A DNA stretch of 64,000 nt from Auanema rhodensis (lineage: Eukaryota > Animalia > Nematoda): the NCBI GenBank assembly GCA_964057225.1, contig OZ059900.1, forward strand, positions 18,352,001 through 18,416,000, given 5' to 3'. Positions 1 to 14,000 of this stretch are shown piece by piece (position 1 is the stretch's first letter; every line of letters begins with the position of its first letter). A model generated the notes under the pieces. It saw only the letters and a list, made by a program, of their open reading frames with translations. It had not been told where the DNA came from and searched no databases. A program made the translations under genes and the position numbers.

Positions 1-342
1 ACGCCCCTTATGGCTAATATTGATTAAATCGATTTTTGTTCATATGAGTCGTCAAATGCAACGAATTTCAGCGTGTTACATACTAAAATGAAGCATTTTA
101 CATGCTGAACACTAGAAAAATACAAAAACACAGTATTTCCCATGAGAAATATTTTATTATGCTGGAAAACCAGTTTTTGGAAATTTCGCTGTAAACAAGG
201 TTTTGACTTACGATTTCATGTGTTCAAACTCATGCAATGTCAATGAAACCTAGCTCAAAATTGTTCGTACAACGTCTAGTTCCACTTTCACGACAAAAAA
301 ACAGGGGTTAGAAAATTAAGGAAATTAGCATATTCTGAGGGC
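1..342 (+). repeat. Representative consensus-like monomer (phase arbitrary), 342 bp, ~34% GC, many A/T tracts
   Basis: Hand count gives 59 C and 57 G. A/T tracts of 4 or more bases lie at 33-37, 85-88, 96-99, 116-120, 124-128, 152-155, 166-169, 174-178, 201-204, 257-260, 295-301 and 312-315. The main polymorphic sites are pos 7 (C/T), 111 (A/G) and 267 (G/C). Confidence 0.97.
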
Positions 343-3300
343 ACGCCCCTTATGGCTAATATTGATTAAATCGATTTTTGTTCATATGAGTCGTCAAATG
401 CAACGAATTTCAGCGTGTTACATACTAAAATGAAGCATTTTACATGCTGAACACTAGAAAAATACAAAAACACAGTATTTCCCATGAGAATAATTTTATT
501 ATGCTGGAAAACCAGTTTTTGGAAATTTCGCTGTAAACAAGGTTTTGACTTACGATTTCATGTGTTCAAACTCATGCAATGTCAATGAAACCTAGCTCAA
601 AATTGTTCGTACAACGTCTAGTTCCACTTTCACGACAAAAAAACAGGGGTTAGAAAATTAAGGAAATTAGCATATTCTGAGGGCACGCCCCTTATGGCTA
701 ATATTGATTAAATCGATTTTTGTTCATATGAGTCGTCAAATGCAACGAATTTCAGCGTGTTACATACTAAAATGAAGCATTTTACATGCTGAACACTAGA
801 AAAATACAAAAACACAGTATTTCCCATGAGAAATATTTTATTATGCTGGAAAACCAGTTTTTGAAAATTTCGCTGTAAACAAGGTTTTGACTTACGATTT
901 CATGTGTTCAAACTCATGCAATGTCAATGAAACCTAGCTCAAAATTGTTCCTACAACGTCTAGTTCCACTTTCACGACAAAAAAACAGGGGTTAGAAAAT
1001 TAAGGAAATTAGCATATTCTGAGAGCACGCCCTTTATGGCTAATATTGATTAAATCGATTTTTGTTCATATGAGTCGTCAAATGCAACGAATTTCAGCGT
1101 GTTACATACTAAAATGAAGCATTTTACATGCTGAACGCTAGAAAAATACAAAAACACAGTATTACCCATGAGAAATATTTTATTATGCTGGAAAACCAGT
1201 TTTTGGAAATTTCGCTGTAAACAAGGTTTTGACTTACGATTTCATGTGTTCAAACTCATGCAATGTCAATGAAACCTAGCTCAAAATTGTTCCTACAACG
1301 TCTAGTTCCACTTTCACGACAAAAAAACAGGGGTTAGAAAATTAAGGAAATTAGCATATTCTGAGGGCACGCCCCTTATGGCTAATATTGATTAAATCGA
1401 TTTTTGTTCATATGAGTCGTCAAATGCAACGAATTTCAGCGTGTTACATACTAAAATGAAGCATTTTACATGCTGAACACTAGAAAAATACAAAAACATA
1501 GTATTTCCCATGAGAAATATTTTATTATGCTGGAAAACCAGTTTTTGGAAATTTCGCTGTAAACAAGGTTTTGACTTACGATTTCATGTGTTCAAACTCA
1601 TGCAATGTCAATGAAACCTAGCTCAAAATTGTTCGTACAACGTCTAGTTCCACTTTCACGACAAAAAAACAGGGGTTAGAAAATTAAGGAAATTAGCATA
1701 TTCTGAGGGCACGCCCCTTATGGCTAATATTGATTAAATCGATTTTTGTTCATATGAGTCGTCAAATGCAACGAATTTCAGCGTGTTACATACTAAAATA
1801 AAGCATTTTACATGCTGAACACTAGAAAAATACAAAAACACAGTATTTCCCATGAGAAATATTTTATTATGCTGGAAAACCAGTTTTTGGAAATTTCGCT
1901 GTAAACAAGGTTTTGACTTACGATTTCATGTGTTCAAACTCATGCAATGTCAATGAAACCTAGCTCAAAATTGTTCGTACAACGTCTAGTTCCACTTTCA
2001 CGACAAAAAAACAGGGGTTAGAAAATTAAGGAAATTAGCATATTCTGAGGGCACGCCCTTTATGGCTAATATTGATTAAATCGATTTTTGTTCATATGAG
2101 TCGTCAAATGCAACGAATTTCAGCGTGTTACATACTAAAATGAAGCATTTTACATGCTGAACACTAGAAAAATACAAAAACACAGTATTTCCCATGAGAA
2201 ATATTTTATTATGCTGGAAAACCAGTTTTTGAAAATTTCGCTGTAAACAAGGTTTTGACTTACGATTTCATGTGTTCAAACTCATGCAATGTCAATGAAA
2301 CCTAGCTCAAAATTGTTCCTACAACGTCTAGTTCCACTTTCACGACAAAAAAACAGGGGTTAGAAAATTAAGGAAATTAGCATATTCTGAGGGCACGCCC
2401 CTTATGGCTAATATTGATTAAATCGATTTTTGTTCATATGAGTCGTCAAATGCAACGAATTTCAGCGTGTTACATACTAAAATGAAGCATTTTACATGCT
2501 GAACACTAGAAAAATACAAAAACACAGTATTTCCCATGAGAAATATTTTATTATGCTGGAAAACCAGTTTTTGGAAATTTCGCTGTAAACAAGGTTTTGA
2601 CTTACGATTTCATGTGTTCAAACTCATGCAATGTCAATGAAACCTAGCTCAAAATTGTTCGTACAACGTCTAGTTCCACTTTCACGACAAAAAAACAGGG
2701 GTTAGAAAATTAAGGAAATTAGCATATTCTGAGGGCACGCCCCTTATGGCTAATATTGATTAAATCGATTTTTGTTCATATGAGTCGTCAAATGCAACGA
2801 ATTTCAGCGTGTCACATACTAAAATGAAGCATTTTACATGCTGAACGCTAGAAAAATACAAAAACACAGTATTTCCCATGAGAAATATTTTATTATGCTG
2901 GAAAACCAGTTTTTGGAAATTTCGCTGTAAACAAGGTTTTGACTTACGATTTCATGTGTTCAAACTCATGCAATGTCAATGAAACCTAGCTCAAAATTGT
3001 TCCTACAACGTCTAGTTCCACTTTCACGACAAAAAAACAGGGGTTAGAAAATTAAGGAAATTAGCATATTCTGAGAGCACGCCCTTTATGGCTAATATTG
3101 ATTAAATCGATTTTTGTTCATATGAGTCGTCAAATGCAACGAATTTCAGCGTGTTACATACTAAAATGAAGCATTTTACATGCTGAACGCTAGAAAAATA
3201 CAAAAACACAGTATTTCCCATGAGAAATATTTTATTATGCTGGAAAACCAGTTTTTGGAAATTTCGCTGTAAACAAGGTTTTGACTTACGATTTCATGTG

Positions 3301-6300
3301 TTCAAACTCATGCAATGTCAAAGAAACCTAGCTCAAAATTGTTCCTACAACGTCTAGTTCCACTTTCACGACAAAAAAACAGGGGTTAGAAAATTAAGGA
3401 AATTAGCATATTCTGAGGGCACGCCCCTTATGGCTAATATTGATTAAATCGATTTTTGTTCATATGAGTCGTCAAATGCAACGAATTTCAGCGTGTTACA
3501 TACTAAATAGAAGCATTTTACATGCTGAACGCTAGAAAAATACAAAAACACAGTATTTCCCATGAGAAATATTTTATTATGCTGGAAAACCAGTTTTTGG
3601 AAATTTCGCTGTAAACAAGGTTTTGACTTACGATTTCATGTGTTCAAACTCATGCAATGTCAATGAAACCTAGCTCAAAATTGTTCCTACAACGTCTAGT
3701 TCCACTTTCACGACAAAAAAACAGGGGTTAGAAAATTAAGGAAATTAGCATATTCTGAGAGCACGCCCTTTATGGCTAATATTGATTAAATCGATTTTTG
3801 TTCATATGAGTCGTCAAATGCAACGAATTTCAGCGTGTTACATACTAAAATGAAGCATTTTACATGCTGAACGCTAGAAAAATACAAAAACACAGTATTT
3901 CCCATGAGAAATATTTTATTATGCTGGAAAACCAGTTTTTGGAAATTTCGCTGTAAACAAGGTTTTGACTTACGATTTCATGTGTTCAAACTCATGCAAT
4001 GTCAAAGAAACCTAGCTCAAAATTGTTCCTACAACGTCTAGTTCCACTTTCACGACAAAAAAACAGGGGTTAGAAAATTAAGGAAATTAGCATATTCTGA
4101 GGGCACGCCCCTTATGGCTAATATTGATTAAATCGATTTTTGTTCATATGAGTCGTCAAATGCAACGAATTTCAGCGTGTTACATACTAAAATAAAGCAT
4201 TTTACATGCTGAACACTAGAAAAATACAAAAACACAGTATTTCCCATGAGAAATATTTTATTATGCTGGAAAACCAGTTTTTGGAAATTTCGCTGTAAAC
4301 AAGGTTTTGACTTACGATTTCATGTGTTCAAACTCATGCAATGTCAATGAAACCTAGCTCAAAATTGTTCGTACAACGTCTAGTTCCACTTTCACGACAA
4401 AAAAACAGGGGTTAGAAAATTAAGGAAATTAGCATATTCTGAGGGCACGCCCCTTATGGCTAATATTGATTAAATCGATTTTTGTTCATATGAGTCGTCA
4501 AATGCAACGAATTTCAGCGTGTTACATACTAAAATAAAGCATTTTACATGCTGAACACTAGAAAAATACAAAAACACAGTATTTCCCATGAGAAATATTT
4601 TATTATGCTGGAAAACCAGTTTTTGGAAATTTCGCTGTAAACAAGGTTTTGACTTACGATTTCATGTGTTCAAACTCATGCAATGTCAATGAAACCTAGC
4701 TCAAAATTGTTCGTACAACGTCTAGTTCCACTTTCACGACAAAAAAACAGGGGTTAGAAAATTAAGGAAATTAGCATATTCTGAGGGCACGCCCTTTATG
4801 GCTAATATTGATTAAATCGATTTTTGTTCATATGAGTCGTCAAATGCAACGAATTTCAGCGTGTTACATACTAAAATGAAGCATTTTACATGCTGAACGC
4901 TAGAAAAATACAAAAACACAGTATTTCCCATGAGAAATATTTTATTATGCTGGAAAACCAGTTTTTGGAAATTTCGCTGTAAACAAGGTTTTGACTTACG
5001 ATTTCATGTGTTCAAACTCATGCAATGTCAATGAAACCTAGCTCAAAATTGTTCCTACAACGTCTAGTTCCACTTTCACGACAAAAAAACAGGGGTTAGA
5101 AAATTAAGGAAATTAGCATATTCTGAGGGCACGCCCCTTATGGCTAATATTGATTAAATCGATTTTTGTTCATATGAGTCGTCAAATGCAACGAATTTCA
5201 GCGTGTTACATACTAAAATGAAGCATTTTACATGCTGAACACTAGAAAAATACAAAAACACAGTATTTCCCATGAGAAATATTTTATTATGCTGGAAAAC
5301 CAGTTTTTGGAAATTTCGCTGTAAACAAGGTTTTGACTTACGATTTCATGTGTTCAAACTCATGCAATGTCAATGAAACCTAGCTCAAAATTGTTCGTAC
5401 AACGTCTAGTTCCACTTTCACGACAAAAAAACAGGGGTTAGAAAATTAAGGAAATTAGCATATTCTGAAGGCACGCCCCTTATGGCTAATATTGATTAAA
5501 TCGATTTTTGTTCATATGAGTCGTCAAATGCAACGAATTTCAGCGTGTTACATACTAAAATGAAGCATTTTACATGCTGAACACTAGAAAAATACAAAAA
5601 CACAGTATTTCCCATGAGAAATATTTTATTATGCTGGAAAACCAGTTTTTGGAAATTTCGCTGTAAACAAGGTTTTGACTTACGATTTCATGTGTTCAAA
5701 CTCATGCAATGTCAATGAAACCTAGCTCAAAATTGTTCGTACAACGTCTAGTTCCACTTTCACGACAAAAAAACAGGGGTTAGAAAATTAAGGAAATTAG
5801 CATATTCTGAGGGCACGCCCCTTATGGCTAATATTGATTAAATCGATTTTTGTTCATATGAGTCGTCAAATGCAACGAATTTCAGCGTGTCACATACTAA
5901 AATGAAGCATTTTACATGCTGAACGCTAGAAAAATACAAAAACACAGTATTTCCCATGAGAAATATTTTATTATGCTGGAAAACCAGTTTTTGGAAATTT
6001 CGCTGTAAACAAGGTTTTGACTTACGATTTCATGTGTTCAAACTCATGCAATGTCAATGAAACCTAGCTCAAAATTGTTCCTACAACGTCTAGTTCCACT
6101 TTCACGACAAAAAAACAGGGGTTAGAAAATTAAGGAAATTAGCATATTCTGAGGGCACGCCCTTTATGGCTAATATTGATTAAATCGATTTTTGTTCATA
6201 TGAGTCGTCAAATGCAACGAATTTCAGCGTGTTACATACTAAAATGAAGCATTTTACATGCTGAACGCTAGAAAAATACAAAAACACAGTATTTCCCATG

Positions 6301-9300
6301 AGAAATATTTTATTATGCTGGAAAACCAGTTTTTGGAAATTTCGCTGTAAACAAGGTTTTGACTTACGATTTCATGTGTTCAAACTCATGCAATGTCAAT
6401 GAAACCTAGCTCAAAATTGTTCCTACAACGTCTAGTTCCACTTTCACGACAAAAAAACAGGGGTTAGAAAATTAAGGAAATTAGCATATTCTGAGGGCAC
6501 GCCCCTTATGGCTAATATTGATTAAATCGATTTTTGTTCATATGAGTCGTCAAATGCAACGAATTTCAGCGTGTTACATACTAAAATGAAGCATTTTACA
6601 TGCTGAACACTAGAAAAATACAAAAACACAGTATTTCCCATGAGAAATATTTTATTATGCTGGAAAACCAGTTTTTGGAAATTTCGCTGTAAACAAGGTT
6701 TTGACTTACGATTTCATGTGTTCAAACTCATGCAATGTCAATGAAACCTAGCTCAAAATTGTTCGTACAACGTCTAGTTCCACTTTCACGACAAAAAAAC
6801 AGGGGTTAGAAAATTAAGGAAATTAGCATATTCTGAGGGCACGCCCCTTATGGCTAATATTGATTAAATCGATTTTTGTTCATATGAGTCGTCAAATGCA
6901 ACGAATTTCAGCGTGTCACATACTAAAATGAAGCATTTTACATGCTGAACGCTAGAAAAATACAAAAACACAGTATTTCCCATGAGAAATATTTTATTAT
7001 GCTGGAAAACCAGTTTTTGGAAATTTCGCTGTAAACAAGGTTTTGACTTACGATTTCATGTGTTCAAACTCATGCAATGTCAATGAAACCTAGCTCAAAA
7101 TTGTTCCTACAACGTCTAGTTCCACTTTCACGACAAAAAAACAGGGGTTAGAAAATTAAGGAAATTAGCATATTCTGAGAGCACGCCCTTTATGGCTAAT
7201 ATTGATTAAATCGATTTTTGTTCATATGAGTCGTCAAATGCAACGAATTTCAGCGTGTTACATACTAAAATGAAGCATTTTACATGCTGAACGCTAGAAA
7301 AATACAAAAACACAGTATTTCCCATGAGAAATATTTTATTATGCTGGAAAACCAGTTTTTGGAAATTTCGCTGTAAACAAGGTTTTGACTTACGATTTCA
7401 TGTGTTCAAACTCATGCAATGTCAAAGAAACCTAGCTCAAAATTGTTCCTACAACGTCTAGTTCCACTTTCACGACAAAAAAACAGGGGTTAGAAAATTA
7501 AGGAAATTAGCATATTCTGAGGGCACGCCCCTTATGGCTAATATTGATTAAATCGATTTTTGTTCATATGAGTCGTCAAATGCAACGAATTTCAGCGTGT
7601 TACATACTAAAATGAAGCATTTTACATGCTGAACGCTAGAAAAATACAAAAACACAGTATTTCCCATGAGAAATATTTTATTATGCTGGAAAACCAGTTT
7701 TTGGAAATTTCGCTGTAAACAAGGTTTTGACTTACGATTTCATGTGTTCAAACTCATGCAATGTCAATGAAACCTAGCTCAAAATTGTTCCTACAACGTC
7801 TAGTTCCACTTTCACGACAAAAAAACAGGGGTTAGAAAATTAAGGAAATTAGCATATTCTGAGGGCACGCCCCTTATGGCTAATATTGATTAAATCGATT
7901 TTTGTTCATATGAGTCGTCAAATGCAACGAATTTCAGCGTGTTACATACTAAAATGAAGCATTTTACATGCTGAACACTAGAAAAATACAAAAACACAGT
8001 ATTTCCCATGAGAAATATTTTATTATGCTGGAAAACCAGTTTTTGGAAATTTCGCTGTAAACAAGGTTTTGACTTACGATTTCATGTGTTCAAACTCATG
8101 CAATGTCAATGAAACCTAGCTAAAAATTGTTCGTACAACGTCTAGTTCCACTTTCACGACAAAAAAACAGGGGTTAGAAAATTAAGGAAATTAGCATATT
8201 CTGAGGGCACGCCCCTTATGGCTAATATTGATTAAATCGATTTTTGTTCATATGAGTCGTCAAATGCAACGAATTTCAGCGTGTCACATACTAAAATGAA
8301 GCATTTTACATGCTGAACGCTAGAAAAATACAAAAACACAGTATTTCCCATGAGAAATATTTTATTATGCTGGAAAACCAGTTTTTGGAAATTTCGCTGT
8401 AAACAAGGTTTTGACTTACGATTTCATGTGTTCAAACTCATGCAATGTCAATGAAACCTAGCTCAAAATTGTTCCTACAACGTCTAGTTCCACTTTCACG
8501 ACAAAAAAACAGGGGTTAGAAAATTAAGGAAATTAGCATATTCTGAGAGCACGCCCTTTATGGCTAATATTGATTAAATCGATTTTTGTTCATATGAGTC
8601 GTCAAATGCAACGAATTTCAGCGTGTTACATACTAAAATGAAGCATTTTACATGCTGAACGCTAGAAAAATACAAAAACACAGTATTTCCCATGAGAAAT
8701 ATTTTATTATGCTGGAAAACCAGTTTTTGGAAATTTCGCTGTAAACAAGGTTTTGACTTACGATTTCATGTGTTCAAACTCATGCAATGTCAAAGAAACC
8801 TAGCTCAAAATTGTTCCTACAACGTCTAGTTCCACTTTCACGACAAAAAAACAGGGGTTAGAAAATTAAGGAAATTAGCATATTCTGAGGGCACGCCCCT
8901 TATGGCTAATATTGATTAAATCGATTTTTGTTCATATGAGTCGTCAAATGCAACGAATTTCAGCGTGTTACATACTAAAATGAAGCATTTTACATGCTGA
9001 ACACTAGAAAAATACAAAAACATAGTATTTCCCATGAGAAATATTTTATTATGCTGGAAAACCAGTTTTTGGAAATTTCGCTGTAAACAAGGTTTTGACT
9101 TACGATTTCATGTGTTCAAACTCATGCAATGTCAATGAAACCTAGCTCAAAATTGTTCGTACAACGTCTAGTTCCACTTTCACGACAAAAAAACAGGGGT
9201 TAGAAAATTAAGGAAATTAGCATATTCTGAGGGCACGCCCCTTATGGCTAATATTGATTAAATCGATTTTTGTTCATATGAGTCGTCAAATGCAACGAAT

Positions 9301-10260
9301 TTCAGCGTGTTACATACTAAAATGAAACATTTTACATGCTGAACACTAGAAAAATACAAAAACACAGTATTTCCCATGAGAAATATTTTATTATGCTGGA
9401 AAACCAGTTTTTGGAAATTTCGCTGTAAACAAGGTTTTGACTTACGATTTCATGTGTTCAAACTCATGCAATGTCAATGAAACCTAGCTCAAAATTGTTC
9501 GTACAACGTCTAGTTCCACTTTCACGACAAAAAAACAGGGGTTAGAAAATTAAGGAAATTAGCATATTCTGAGGGCACGCCCTTTATGGCTAATATTGAT
9601 TAAATCGATTTTTGTTCATATGAGTCGTCAAATGCAACGAATTTCAGCGTGTTACATACTAAAATGAAGCATTTTACATGCTGAACGCTAGAAAAATACA
9701 AAAACACAGTATTTCCCATGAGAAATATTTTATTATGCTGGAAAACCAGTTTTTGGAAATTTCGCTGTAAACAAGGTTTTGACTTACGATTTCATGTGTT
9801 CAAACTCATGCAATGTCAATGAAACCTAGCTCAAAATTGTTCGTACAACGTCTAGTTCCACTTTCACGACAAAAAAACAGGGGTTAGAAAATTAAGGAAA
9901 TTAGCATATTCTGAGGGCACGCCCTTTATGGCTAATATTGATTAAATCGATTTTTGTTCATATGAGTCGTCAAATGCAACGAATTTCAGCGTGTTACATA
10001 CTAAAATGAAGCATTTTACATGCTGAACGCTAGAAAAATACAAAAACACAGTATTTCCCATGAGAAATATTTTATTATGCTGGAAAACCAGTTTTTGGAA
10101 ATTTCGCTGTAAACAAGGTTTTGACTTACGATTTCATGTGTTCAAACTCATGCAATGTCAATGAAACCTAGCTCAAAATTGTTCCTACAACGTCTAGTTC
10201 CACTTTCACGACAAAAAAACAGGGGTTAGAAAATTAAGGAAATTAGCATATTCTGAGGGC
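1..10260. repeat. Left domain: 30 monomers, all exactly 342 bp, irregular short-period variant patterns
   Basis: There is no phase slip over 30 units (starts at 1+342n up to 10261). A doublet (GTGTCACA + GAGAGC monomer, then GTCAAAGAA monomer) recurs at 2737, 6841 and 8209. Confidence 0.9.
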
Positions 10261-11099
10261 ACGCCCCTTATGGCTAATATTGATTAAATCGATTTTTGTT
10301 CATATGAGTCGTCAAATGCAACGAATTTCAGCGTGTTACATACTAAAATGTAGCATTTTACATGCTGAACACTAGAAAAATACAAAAACACAGTATTTCC
10401 CATGAGAAATATTTTATTATGCTGGAAAACCAGTTTTTGGAAATTTCGCTGTAAACAAGGTTTTGACTTACGATTTCATGTGTTCAAACTCATGCAATGT
10501 CAATGAAACCTAGCTCAAAATTGTTCGTACAACGTCTAGTTCCACTTTCACGACAAAAAACAGGGGTTAGAAAATTAAGGAAATTAGCATATTCTGAGGG
10601 CACGCCCTTTATGGCTAATATTGATTAAATCGATTTTTGTTCATATGAGTCGTCAAATGCAACGAATTTCAGCGTGTTACATACTAAAATGAAGCATTTT
10701 ACATGCTGAACGCTAGAAAAATACAAAAACACAGTATTACCCATGAGAAATATTTTATTATGCTGGAAAACCAGTTTTTGGAAATTTCGCTGTAAACAAG
10801 GTTTTGACTTACGATTTCATGTGTTCAAACTCATGCAATGTCAATGAAACCTAGCTCAAAATTGTTCGTACAACGTCTAGTTCCACTTTCACGACAAAAA
10901 AACAGGGGTTAGAAAATTAAGGAAATTAGCATATTCTGAGGGCACGCCCCTTATGGCTAATATTGATTAAATCGATTTTTGTTCATATGAGTCGTCAAAT
11001 GCAACGAATTTCAGCGTGTTACATACTAAAATGAAACATTTTACATGCTGAACACTAGAAAAATACAAAAACACAGTATTTCCCATGAGAAATATTTTA

Positions 11100-14000
11100 T
11101 TATGCTGGAAAACCAGTTTTTGGAAATTTCGCTGTAAACAAGGTTTTGACTTACGATTTCATGTGTTCAAACTCATGCAATGTCAATGAAACCTAGCTCA
11201 AAATTGTTTGTACAACGTCTAGTTCCACTTTCACGACAAAAAAACAGGGGTTAGAAAATTAAGGAAATTAGCATATTCTGAGGGCACGCCCTTTATGGCT
11301 AATATTGATTAAATCGATTTTTGTTCATATGAGTCGTCAAATGCAACGAATTTCAGCGTGTTACATACTAAAATGAAGCATTTTACATGCTGAACGCTAG
11401 AAAAATACAAAAACACAGTATTTCCCATGAGAAATATTTTATTATGCTGGAAAACCAGTTTTTGGAAATTTCGCTGTAAACAAGGTTTTGACTTACGATT
11501 TCATGTGTTCAAACTCATGCAATGTCAATGAAACCTAGCTCAAAATTGTTCCTACAACGTCTAGTTCCACTTTCACGACAAAAAAACAGGGGTTAGAAAA
11601 TTAAGGAAATTAGCATATTCTGAGGGCACGCCCCTTATGGCTAATATTGATTAAATCGATTTTTGTTCATATGAGTCGTCAAATGCAACGAATTTCAGCG
11701 TGTTACATACTAAAATGAAGCATTTTACATGCTGAACACTAGAAAAATATAAAAACACAGTATTTCCCATGAGAAATATTTTATTATGCTGGAAAACCAG
11801 TTTTTGGAAATTTCGCTGTAAACAAGGTTTTGACTTACGATTTCATGTGTTCAAACTCATGCAATGTCAATGAAACCTAGCTCAAAATTGTTCGTACAAC
11901 GTCTAGTTCCACTTTCACGACAAAAAACAGGGGTTAGAAAATTAAGGAAATTAGCATATTCTGAGGGCACACCCCTTATGGCTAATATTGATTAAATCGA
12001 TTTTTGTTCATATGAGTCGTCAAATGCAACGAATTTCAGCGTGTTACATACTAAAATGAAGCATTTTACATGCTGAACACTAGAAAAATACAAAAACACA
12101 GTATTTCCCATGAGAAATATTTTATTATGCTGGAAAACCAGTTTTTGGAAATTTCGCTGTAAACAAGGTTTTGACTTACGATTTCATGTGTTCAAACTCA
12201 TGCAATGTCAATGAAACCTAGCTCAAAATTGTTCGTACAACGTCTAGTTCCACTTTCACGACAAAAAACAGGGGTTAGAAAATTAAGGAAATTAGCATAT
12301 TCTGAGGGCACGCCCTTTATGGCTAATATTGATTAAATCGATTTTTGTTCATATGAGTCGTCAAATGCAACGAATTTCAGCGTGTTACATACTAAAATGA
12401 AGCATTTTACATGCTGAACGCTAGAAAAATACAAAAACACAGTATTACCCATGAGAAATATTTTATTATGCTGGAAAACCAGTTTTTGGAAATTTCGCTG
12501 TAAACAAGGTTTTGACTTACGATTTCATGTGTTCAAACTCATGCAATGTCAATGAAACCTAGCTCAAAATTGTTCCTACAACGTCTAGTTCCACTTTCAC
12601 GACAAAAAAACAGGGGTTAGAAAATTAAGGAAATTAGCATATTCTGAGGGCACGCCCCTTATGGCTAATATTGATTAAATCGATTTTTGTTCATATGAGT
12701 CGTCAAATGCAACGAATTTCAGCGTGTTACATACTTAAATGAAACATTTTACATGCTGAACACTAGAAAAATACAAAAACATAGTATTTCCCATGAGAAA
12801 TATTTTATTATGCTGGAAAACCAGTTTTTGGAAATTTCGCTGTAAACAAGGTTTTGACTTACGATTTCATGTGTTCAAACTCATGCAATGTCAATGAAAC
12901 CTAGCTCAAAATTGTTCGTACAACGTCTAGTTCCACTTTCACGACAAAAAAACAGGGGTTAGAAAATTAAGGAAATTAGCATATTCTGAGGGCACGCCCC
13001 TTATGGCTAATATTGATTAAATCGATTTTTGTTCATATGAGTCGTCAAATGCAACGAATTTCAGCGTGTTACATACTAAAATAAAGCATTTTACATGCTG
13101 AACACTAGAAAAATACAAAAACACAGTATTTCCCATGAGAAATATTTTATTATGCTGGAAAACCAGTTTTTGGAAATTTCGCTGTAAACAAGGTTTTGAC
13201 TTACGATTTCATGTGTTCAAACTCATGCAATGTCAATGAAACCTAGCTCAAAATTGTTCGTACAACGTCTAGTTCCACTTTCACGACAAAAAAACAGGGG
13301 TTAGAAAATTAAGGAAATTAGCATATTCTGAGGGCACACCCTTTATGGCTAATATTGATTAAATCGATTTTTGTTCATATGAGTCGTCAAATGCAACGAA
13401 TTTCAGCGTGTTACATACTAAAATGAAGCATTTTACATGCTGAACGCTAGAAAAATACAAAAACACAGTATTTCCCATGAGAAATATTTTATTATGCTGG
13501 AAAACCAGTTTTTGGAAATTTCGCTGTAAACAAGGTTTTGACTTACGATTTCATGTGTTCAAACTCATGCAATGTCAATGAAACCTAGCTCAAAATTGTT
13601 CCTACAACGTCTAGTTCCACTTTCACGACAAAAAAACAGGGGTTAGAAAATTAAGGAAATTAGCATATTCTGAGGGCACGCCCCTTATGGCTAATATTGA
13701 TTAAATCGATTTTTGTTCATATGAGTCGTCAAATGCAACGAATTTCAGCGTGTCACATACTAAAATGAAGCATTTTACATGCTGAACGCTAGAAAAATAC
13801 AAAAACACAGTATTTCCCATGAGAAATATTTTATTATGCTGGAAAACCAGTTTTTGGAAATTTCGCTGTAAACAAGGTTTTGACTTACGATTTCATGTGT
13901 TCAAACTCATGCAATGTCAATGAAACCTAGCTCAAAATTGTTCCTACAACGTCTAGTTCCACTTTCACGACAAAAAAACAGGGGTTAGAAAATTAAGGAA

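Noticed and set aside
50-66. CENP-B box-like motif on the minus strand (ATTCGTTGCATTTGACG)
   Set aside because: It matches TTCG and the central A but lacks the essential CGGG (about 6 of 9 core positions), which is compatible with chance.
280-296. Resemblance of TTCCACTTTCACGACAA to the alpha-satellite pJ-alpha box, and 342 = 2x171 suggesting an alphoid dimer
   Set aside because: The match is partial and in low-complexity pyrimidine-rich sequence. The rest of the monomer does not resemble alpha satellite and the 171-bp halves do not align.
304-311. Telomere-like GGGGTTAG
   Set aside because: It is a single unit per monomer with no tandem telomeric tract, and there are too few G-runs for a G-quadruplex.
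1-342. Tandem 5S rRNA, tRNA, snRNA or spliced-leader gene array
   Set aside because: I recognise no 5S, tRNA cloverleaf, A/B box or snRNA sequence in the monomer. An Rfam/Infernal search would be the definitive test.
1-342. Assignment to a named satellite family (e.g. ~340-360 bp AT-rich tenebrionid beetle satellites)
   Set aside because: Only length and composition are similar; I cannot verify sequence homology without a database search.
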